The position numbers and the translations under genes are program-made. DNA of 64,000 nucleotides, taken from NCBI GenBank assembly GCA_963664665.2, contig CAXXMH010000001.1, positions 55,824 through 119,823 of the forward strand. Direction: 5' to 3'. Numbering within the stretch: position 1 is the first letter of the stretch; every line of letters begins with the position of its first letter. This DNA comes from Pseudomonadales bacterium (GTDB taxonomy: Bacteria > Pseudomonadota > Gammaproteobacteria > Pseudomonadales > Azotimanducaceae). Positions 57,522 to 64,000 of the stretch are shown here, piece by piece. The notes beneath the pieces are model-generated. The model ran no database searches. It worked only from the letters and a program-made list of their open reading frames with translations, and was not told the origin of the DNA.

Positions 57522-58307
57522 ATGTTTGACTTCACGTCGAACGAATCGAGAGATTACGTTCGCGATGAGCTAGCGACGAATGGGTACGTGTGCCTAAGGC
57601 GAGGTATCACTCGTCAAATAGCTGAGACTGTCGCGGCTGATGTTTGGAGTTATCTCAAGTCTGTTGACGTGTATCGAGCTGAAAAGGCGTCTTGGCCCAT
57701 TGGGAAACCGCTTCGCGGACCCGTATTTCGTGCGATTCGTGACTACGAAGGTCTAACGCCGTTGTTTTCGAAGACGTTTGAGCGCGAGATGACGACTCTA
57801 GTTGATCTGAAGTTGCGGGAAGGAGAAGAGCAAATCCTCTACATGACGTTTCCGGAATCGGAGTACGAGCCGAAACGGTGGCGCGTTCCTTAGGCTGGGT
57901 GGCACAACGACTTCATCGGAGACGGTACGGGTCGAACAAAGTTCCTTTTAGGTTTCGTTCTTTTGAACGATGCAGATGCTGGTGGAGGTAATCTCTTGCT
58001 TCTATTAGGCTCGCATCGCCTAAAGGAAGTGATCGCGCCCCAGCACGCGAGCGCAATCATGAAGCAACTCAGTCGAAAGTCTACGGTTCTCGAACGACTT
58101 TGGGATCGTCGTGAAGCAGCACCAGGTGCACTCCTTGGAGAGACTTGCAACGTAGATGGTGTTGACCTTCAAGTGCTAGAAATGACAGGAAACACAGGCG
58201 ACGTATTCCTGCTTGACGGCTCACTTCTGCACGCTGCAACTGTGAATGAAAGTCCGAACGTGCGGTTGGCATCAAAGTGCTTTTTCTACGTCACGGATAG
58301 GAACTAA
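57522..58307 (+). pseudogene. PhyH-family Fe(II)/2OG dioxygenase split by a single in-frame TAG (57891-57893)
   Basis: Listed ORFs 57522-57893 and 57963-58307 are in the same frame. Reading through gives ...KRWRVP-TAG-AGWHNDFIGDG...LLLLGSHRL...FLLDGSLLHAATVNESPNVR, so the stop sits 2 codons before the HxD iron-binding motif. Confidence 0.7.
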
Positions 58308-58345
58308 GAAACGAGCGAATTGTCGCTATTTTGTCTGTCTAGATA

Positions 58346-58930
58346 CTACGCGCTGAATAGGGACGGTTGCAGTTGTCGCGCTCGTTCTATGATCTCGTCT
58401 TCCGAAGTTTTTCGAGTTGGTTGAAACGTGGTTCGATGTTCTAGCCACCGCGCAAGGTTTCTCACGATTTTTGAATCCGTCGTGACACGTTTTGTCGCGT
58501 TTAGTGAGAGACGTTCATTGAGCCAATTCGCAACTTCGGCCGGAGTCTGGATCGCAAAGACCGAGTAGGCTCGTCGATAGTTCTTTCGCGCTGCACCTTT
58601 GTGTGCGTGGCCGTGTTTTTTCATCACGCCAAGGACGTCGCTCGCGGACTTAGGGTCATCCATGAGTGCGTCTAATTCATTCTTTAGCTGAAGAAGTAAC
58701 TTGCGATATTGGGCCGCCTGTTGGGCTTTTCCAAGCAATGTACCGATGGAGTGCGCGGCAGCGCGTCGCTCCGAATACGAGCCGTATCGTGCCCGATTGA
58801 ATAGCTCTTTCCAGCCTTCAATATCGTCAGAACTATTTGTACGACATGGACACAGACCGCGCAGGAAACGACGTCTGTCAAGCAAATCCATGTGTTCGAC
58901 TTGCTTATTAGTCTTGCTACGTTTAGCCAA
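58346..58930 (-). CDS. Hypothetical protein (basic, no family recognised)
   Basis: It is a 194-aa ORF filling an otherwise empty interval, with no competing ORF of similar size. I recognise no motifs. Confidence 0.5.
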   Translation of the reverse strand: MAKRSKTNKQVEHMDLLDRRRFLRGLCPCRTNSSDDIEGWKELFNRARYGSYSERRAAAHSIGTLLGKAQQAAQYRKLLLQLKNELDALMDDPKSASDVLGVMKKHGHAHKGAARKNYRRAYSVFAIQTPAEVANWLNERLSLNATKRVTTDSKIVRNLARWLEHRTTFQPTRKTSEDEIIERARQLQPSLFSA

Positions 58931-59014
58931 TTCGACTTAGGTAGATGAATTCAGGTCGGATTTTAGAACAAAACCTGCTGGGATCGTCCAGATGAATCCC
59001 GTCTGAAGGCGCCG

Positions 59015-60844
59015 TCAATGCGAAACCGTCAAATTGCAGCTTGAACACCGTGCATACACATTCGAAGGATCGCGCAGGTACTCGATTTCGCGGTTCAGAT
59101 GCTGACCGATCGAATCGATTGGTAATAGGAAATCTGCGAACGCTGCCCGAAGTTCGCTTGCTAAGCTGTCTAGTGGAGATAGAAGTGCTGAGTTCTGCTG
59201 AACGTACTCGACATCGTAATCCGTGAGACCTGCAAGCTCGGCTGCCTTCGCGATTGCTGCTTCTATTTCTCCTAATTCATCGATGAGTCCTGACTCAAGC
59301 GCATCCGTGCCAAGCCATACGCGTCCTTGCGCAAGCGTTTCAATGTACTCGATGGGTTTATCTCGAGCAGTGGCGACTAATTCGACGAATTGATCGTAGT
59401 ACCGTTTCACCATCAGCGTGCGGAGGCTGTGTGTCGCGTCCGTTGGTTTGACAGTAAGACTTGACGACAGTCCATACGGTGTCGTTCGAATCACATCATT
59501 CGTGACGCCGATCTCGTCTAGCGCTTCGTCTAGGTTAGGGTAGAGACCGAACACGCCAACGGAACCCGTCAAGGTCGTTGGCGTCGCGTATATCTGATCG
59601 GCCGGTAAGGCGACCCAATATCCTCCGGATGCCGCAGTACCGCCGAAAGATGCGACTAAAGGTCGTTCCGTCTTTTTGTAGTCCTCGAGTGCGCGGCGGA
59701 TATCCTCGGATGCGATCACACTTCCGCCCGGTGAATTGACTCGCAGTATCAGCGCTTGATAGCTGTCGTCTTTTCGAACTTTCTCAATCAGCTTAACCCA
59801 AGAACTCGACTGTCCCGTTATCTGCGTCTGGACACCCAAAATCTCACCTTGAATCATGACGACAGCAAGCTTCGGTTTACCGAATTGTCGCCTACTCGGA
59901 ACGTGAGGCAGGTAGTCATAGAACGTAATGGGGCGAAGCGATGAGCTGAGCCTCTCACGATACTCGTCATCGAGTTCAGGTTTCGTGACCAAGGCGTCGA
60001 CAAAGCCGTATTGCACGGCCAAATCCGCGAATCCGACCTCGTGGGATAAAACGAGATCGTGCAAGGCAGACGAGTAGTCGTTTAGCTGGTCCTCATCGAT
60101 ATTTCGAATCGAAGCAACTCTTTGCTTCATTCGAGTCCATAGCGAATCGACGAGATCGGTATTCACGGACTCTGCGGCTTCAGACATGTCGGTACGGATA
60201 TATGGCTCCACCGCTGTCTTGAATTCACCTTCCGCGTACACATCCACGTTGATTCTTAGTTTGTCGAGCAAATCCTTGTAATACATCGTGGATGACGTCA
60301 CGCCAGAGAACACTAAATCACCCATCGGATCCATTAGCACGCGATCGGCAGCCATTGCGAGCAGGTAAGTGCCTTGCGTATACGAAGTCGCGTGAGCCCA
60401 GATTTCCTTCCCCGACTCCTTTAGCTCAATCAGAGCGTTTTGTACACGTTCGGATTCCGCCATATCGACGTCGAAGAGCCTGGAGAAATCCAGAATGACT
60501 AACTGAATTCGATCGTCTGTCCGCGCGTATGCAATCGCGTTCAATACATCGTTGATCGACGTTTCAATAGGTACATTGGAACCGAACAGAAGATCGAGCA
60601 AAGGATCGTCAAATGTTGCTTGTTCAACAAGACTGCCAGCTGGATTGATTACGAGTACGGCGTTTCCAGGCACCGGCTTCACATCATCGCCACTGAACAT
60701 CGCCACCAAAACGAGCAGGACCACTACGAGAAAGAGGACGTTCAGAACGACGTTCCGCAGTAGGGTAATTCCCCTTCCGAGATTGCGAAGCAACTTGAAT
60801 CGGCGTGGGGAAGATTCCTGGGGCGTTGGCTCTAGTTCGCTCAA
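59015..60844 (-). CDS. sppA: Signal peptide peptidase SppA, 67K type
   Basis: 609 aa. It has an N-terminal TM segment (VLNVLFLVVVLLVLVAMF) and two tandem S49 domains, the second with GGTAASGGYW. The start codon is TTG. Confidence 0.9.
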   Translation of the reverse strand: MSELEPTPQESSPRRFKLLRNLGRGITLLRNVVLNVLFLVVVLLVLVAMFSGDDVKPVPGNAVLVINPAGSLVEQATFDDPLLDLLFGSNVPIETSINDVLNAIAYARTDDRIQLVILDFSRLFDVDMAESERVQNALIELKESGKEIWAHATSYTQGTYLLAMAADRVLMDPMGDLVFSGVTSSTMYYKDLLDKLRINVDVYAEGEFKTAVEPYIRTDMSEAAESVNTDLVDSLWTRMKQRVASIRNIDEDQLNDYSSALHDLVLSHEVGFADLAVQYGFVDALVTKPELDDEYRERLSSSLRPITFYDYLPHVPSRRQFGKPKLAVVMIQGEILGVQTQITGQSSSWVKLIEKVRKDDSYQALILRVNSPGGSVIASEDIRRALEDYKKTERPLVASFGGTAASGGYWVALPADQIYATPTTLTGSVGVFGLYPNLDEALDEIGVTNDVIRTTPYGLSSSLTVKPTDATHSLRTLMVKRYYDQFVELVATARDKPIEYIETLAQGRVWLGTDALESGLIDELGEIEAAIAKAAELAGLTDYDVEYVQQNSALLSPLDSLASELRAAFADFLLPIDSIGQHLNREIEYLRDPSNVYARCSSCNLTVSH

Positions 60845-61004
60845 ATCGACTTCCTATTTAGGAGTAACACGAGGGTATCGAAGGTGTGTCGAATCTCGCT
60901 TTTTGTGTGCACATCTATGATAGTAGCGACACTTCGACTATGTCGCTCTGATAATTTCCGACATCGCCGATGTCTCACCCTTTAGCTATGCAGCAATCCA
61001 ATAG

Positions 61005-62387
61005 ATGGGTATGTCGATAAATAGTGATGCGATATGGTCTTGGGTGGAACTGTGTGAAGCCATAGGACTTGATCAGCAGATTGGCCCGTCGATACACGGA
61101 ATAAGCATCGATTCTAGAACGATCAAAGACGGTGAGTTATTCGTTGCGTTGTCGGGTAAAGCGCGACCCGAATTCAATATATTCGAAGACTCGGGGCGAG
61201 ATGGACATGACTATATTGCAGCTGCGGTCCGACAAGGAGCGAGTGGCGTACTCGCCCATCGCAAACACGGACTGGACGTTCCCACGGTGTATTGTGAAGA
61301 CACCTTAGACGGTTTATGGGACTTAGCGCGATATCGTCGCAGTCAGCTTACGGGAAATGTTGTTGCCGTGACTGGCAGCAGTGGAAAAACCACCATGAAG
61401 AGCTTCCTTTCGCAAGCACTTGAGTGTGGCGGCAGTGAAGGAAGTTTCAATAACCATCTCGGCGTACCGTTAAGCATCGTACGTACCTCAAAGGATGTGA
61501 ATCAAGCCGTCTATGAAATAGGTACTAATCACCCAGGCGAAATTGCGCCGTTGTCTAAGCTAGCGCGTCCGCATGTCGCCGTGGTGCTGAATGTACTCAA
61601 CGCTCACATAGGAAACTTTGCAAATTTTGAGGCATTGCTGGACGAGAAGCTCTCAATCGGTGAAGGTGTCGAGGCAGGTGGTTGTTTGGTCGTGAACGAA
61701 GCTCTCTTCGACTCGTCGATTAAGCGCTTTGCAGCGCTCGATGTGCGCTCATTCGGCCAATCAACATCAGCAAACTATCGCTATACGATGACAACCAACA
61801 ATCAGGTCGAGCTGTCAATGCTCCGAGAGAATTTAACGATTCCTGGAGGCGGCGAACATCGAGCGGCTACTTTGTGTGCAACTGCTGCTGTGCTTGACGT
61901 TTTGGGTAAGAGCGCAGCCAAATTGCACAGTATTTCGGAAGAGCTACCACCAGGGCGAGGTAGGTCTTTCGATGTTGCTGGCATTCGGATCGTAGACGAG
62001 AGCTACAACGCGAATCCAGAGAGCATGCACAAGTGTCTAGAGCATCTAGCGCGCCAAGATGGTGGACGCCGGATCGCGGTCGTGGGCGAGATGGCTGAAC
62101 TGGGTGAGCAAACCGCCAAACTGCATGCGTCCTTGGTAGCTTCACTGAACGCTCTTGACGGCGTAATTAGCGTTGGTCGTGCGATGAACTCACACGCGTA
62201 CCAAGATCTTGAACCCCGCATTAAATGGGGAGCGTTTGAAGACGTGAAGGGTTTACCCGTTTTTTGTAAGGGATTGTTCAAACCGAACGACATCGTCTTA
62301 GTCAAGGGTTCAAACACGGTGTTCTGGACGCGTAATTTCGTGCCGGATTTGATCAGGGTGTTGTCTGAGTCCAACGACGCGTCTTAA
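61005..62387 (+). CDS. murF: UDP-N-acetylmuramoyl-tripeptide--D-alanyl-D-alanine ligase-like Mur ligase
   Basis: 460 aa. It has SIDSRTIKDGELFVAL, the ATP P-loop VTGSSGKTT, NNHLGVP and DESYNANP. No other dcw-cluster genes are adjacent. Confidence 0.8.
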   Translation: MGMSINSDAIWSWVELCEAIGLDQQIGPSIHGISIDSRTIKDGELFVALSGKARPEFNIFEDSGRDGHDYIAAAVRQGASGVLAHRKHGLDVPTVYCEDTLDGLWDLARYRRSQLTGNVVAVTGSSGKTTMKSFLSQALECGGSEGSFNNHLGVPLSIVRTSKDVNQAVYEIGTNHPGEIAPLSKLARPHVAVVLNVLNAHIGNFANFEALLDEKLSIGEGVEAGGCLVVNEALFDSSIKRFAALDVRSFGQSTSANYRYTMTTNNQVELSMLRENLTIPGGGEHRAATLCATAAVLDVLGKSAAKLHSISEELPPGRGRSFDVAGIRIVDESYNANPESMHKCLEHLARQDGGRRIAVVGEMAELGEQTAKLHASLVASLNALDGVISVGRAMNSHAYQDLEPRIKWGAFEDVKGLPVFCKGLFKPNDIVLVKGSNTVFWTRNFVPDLIRVLSESNDAS

Positions 62388-62440
62388 CATTTGCGGTTAG
62401 CAACGGCGACCTCTTCGCCGTTTTCGATACTGAATTCAGC

Positions 62441-63406
62441 ATGATCATTGACCGTTTCGGTAGGCAGTTTCAGAATTTGCGCGTCAGTTTGACGGCGGCG
62501 TGCAACTACGCCTGCACATACTGCGTACCGGACGGCAAGAAACTGCAGCCTGCCGATGCAGAACTTGATGGCGAGCATTTGCTCGACGCGGTCCGACTAC
62601 TAATTGACGGAGCGGGAATCGAAAAACTCCGGATCACGGGCGGCGAACCGATGCTGTCGCCGAAGTTTGAGCCATTCCTTCGTGGCGTTTGCGATTTGGA
62701 TCTTCATGATGTCGCGATTACGACGAACGGACAATTTCTACCCAAGTACATGCCGCTGCTGAAGGATGTCAATTTCAAGCGACTCAACGTCAGCCTCGAC
62801 ACGCTTGATGCAAGTCATTTCCGTTCAATTGCACGCAGTGGTGACTTGGCGACCGTGTTACAAGGTATTGAGATGGCGTGTGATGCAGGTATGAAGGTCA
62901 AGGTCAATATGGTGCCGCTCAAGACCGCAAACTTTGATCAGGTTGTGCCATTACTCGACTATTGTCTTGACCGCCGGATCGAACTACGCTTCATCGAGCT
63001 CATGAATATGGGGCACTTGAAGCTAAACGATCAATATGAGAAGGACTTTGTAAGTCTCGATATGCTGCTAGAGGCGATTCGAGAGAAATATGAGGTCGTG
63101 CCGATTACGGCGGAACATGACTCCACCTCCATTCGGTATGAAGTCATAGGCCGTGGCACGTTTGGTGTGATTGCCAATGAAAGCGAACCGTTTTGTAGGG
63201 CGTGTTCGAGGTTGCGACTCTCCTCGAACGGTCACCTTTACGGATGCCTCTCAAATACCAAAAACTACGACCTTCGACCGTTGTTATCCATGCCCTATGC
63301 TCTCGCGTTGCAAGAATTGCAAGGCGTACTTACCTCTGCGTTGAGCGATAAGCAGAGTCTCGCGTTCACCGGTGAGACAACCGTCATGAAATTCATCGGT
63401 GGTTGA
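62441..63406 (+). CDS. moaA: GTP 3',8-cyclase (molybdenum cofactor biosynthesis protein A)
   Basis: 321 aa. It has the radical-SAM motif CNYACTYC and a C-terminal cluster CRACSRLRLSSNGHLYGC. Confidence 0.92.
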   Translation: MIIDRFGRQFQNLRVSLTAACNYACTYCVPDGKKLQPADAELDGEHLLDAVRLLIDGAGIEKLRITGGEPMLSPKFEPFLRGVCDLDLHDVAITTNGQFLPKYMPLLKDVNFKRLNVSLDTLDASHFRSIARSGDLATVLQGIEMACDAGMKVKVNMVPLKTANFDQVVPLLDYCLDRRIELRFIELMNMGHLKLNDQYEKDFVSLDMLLEAIREKYEVVPITAEHDSTSIRYEVIGRGTFGVIANESEPFCRACSRLRLSSNGHLYGCLSNTKNYDLRPLLSMPYALALQELQGVLTSALSDKQSLAFTGETTVMKFIGG

Positions 63407-63412
63407 TTCACG

Positions 63413-63940
63413 TTGAACGCCGCCTTCAACGAACTGTTGAAGCAAGTCGGTAGCACGAGTCTACCGCCGATCGCGTCTTGGAATCCAGAGCGCGAAGGTC
63501 AGATCGATATTCGGATTCGCAACGATGGGACTTGGTTACATGAAGGTACCGTCGTACGACGACAGTCCATTGCAAGAGTCTTTTCAACCATACTAAGGCG
63601 AGAAGGGGATCACTATTTCCTCGTGACGCCCGTCGAGAAGCTGAGAATCCAAGTTGATGACGCACCGTTCCTAGCGGTCGACTTCGAAGCGTCTGGAGAG
63701 GGTCAAGAGCAGCGGATAGTCTTCAAGACTAATATGGATGATGTTGTGTTACTTGACGACGCTCATCCACTGACCATTGAGACGACAAAGTCAGGTCCGA
63801 GACCCTACCTGCTAGTCCGGAACGGACTGAACGCACGTCTTGTGACTGATGTCTTCTATCGATTGGCGGATTTGGTTGACGATCCGGACGGCGACCCTCT
63901 GTATCTTTGGAGCTCGGGGTATCGATTTCGCGTTAGTTAA
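63413..63940 (+). CDS. DUF1285 domain-containing protein
   Basis: 175 aa. The segments IRIRNDGTWLHEGTVVRRQSIARVFSTIL and YFLVTPVEKLRIQVDDAPF resemble the DUF1285 family as I remember it. Confidence 0.75.
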   Translation: MNAAFNELLKQVGSTSLPPIASWNPEREGQIDIRIRNDGTWLHEGTVVRRQSIARVFSTILRREGDHYFLVTPVEKLRIQVDDAPFLAVDFEASGEGQEQRIVFKTNMDDVVLLDDAHPLTIETTKSGPRPYLLVRNGLNARLVTDVFYRLADLVDDPDGDPLYLWSSGYRFRVS

Positions 63941-64000
63941 ATAATGCATATTTGTATCAGGTCGATCGTTTATGCAAATCAATCGGCTTAGATCTGGGAG

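Overview
This 64-kb chromosomal window is mostly housekeeping genes. The gene orders are typical of Pseudomonas-like or marine Gammaproteobacteria; that taxonomic guess is inferred from synteny only: prfB(+1 frameshift)-lysS, scpA-scpB-rluB, gyrA-pheA-hisC-tyrA-cmk, bioF-bioD-bioA, selA-selB, fdsG-fdsB-fdsA-fdhD-mobA. I call about 55 protein-coding genes and one tRNA-Pro(GGG). I found no rRNA, CRISPR array, transposase or integrase. The part that does not look like core genome is about 34.5-41.8 kb. There, a Baeyer-Villiger monooxygenase gene reads 38 nt into the antisense of the tRNA-Pro 3' end. It is followed by an N6-adenine methyltransferase plus a BsuBI/PstI-like endonuclease (type II R-M). 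After that comes a stand-alone TIR-domain gene with a roughly 330-aa C-terminal domain I cannot assign; its native reading frame is broken by an in-frame TAA inside the first TIR strand motif. The second region of interest is 41.8-54.4 kb. The NAD-type (Cys, not Sec) formate dehydrogenase operon continues with overlaps or tiny gaps into two crotonase-fold genes and a PhyH-HEAT dioxygenase. Next to it lie an MFE-2-like SDR, two kappa-GST/DsbA-like genes and a NIPSNAP gene. I propose, as inference only, an acyl-CoA alpha-oxidation/formate module. Smaller observations: a second PhyH-like gene split by one in-frame TAG; an exactly 22-bp-phased triple repeat between prfC and selB; selAB without selC or any Sec-encoding gene in view; unusual residues in the gyrA QRDR and an N-terminal tail; a trimmed aromatic amino-acid supraoperon; tusCB without tusD. 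All functional calls come from reading motifs in the supplied translations. No database search or computation was run.
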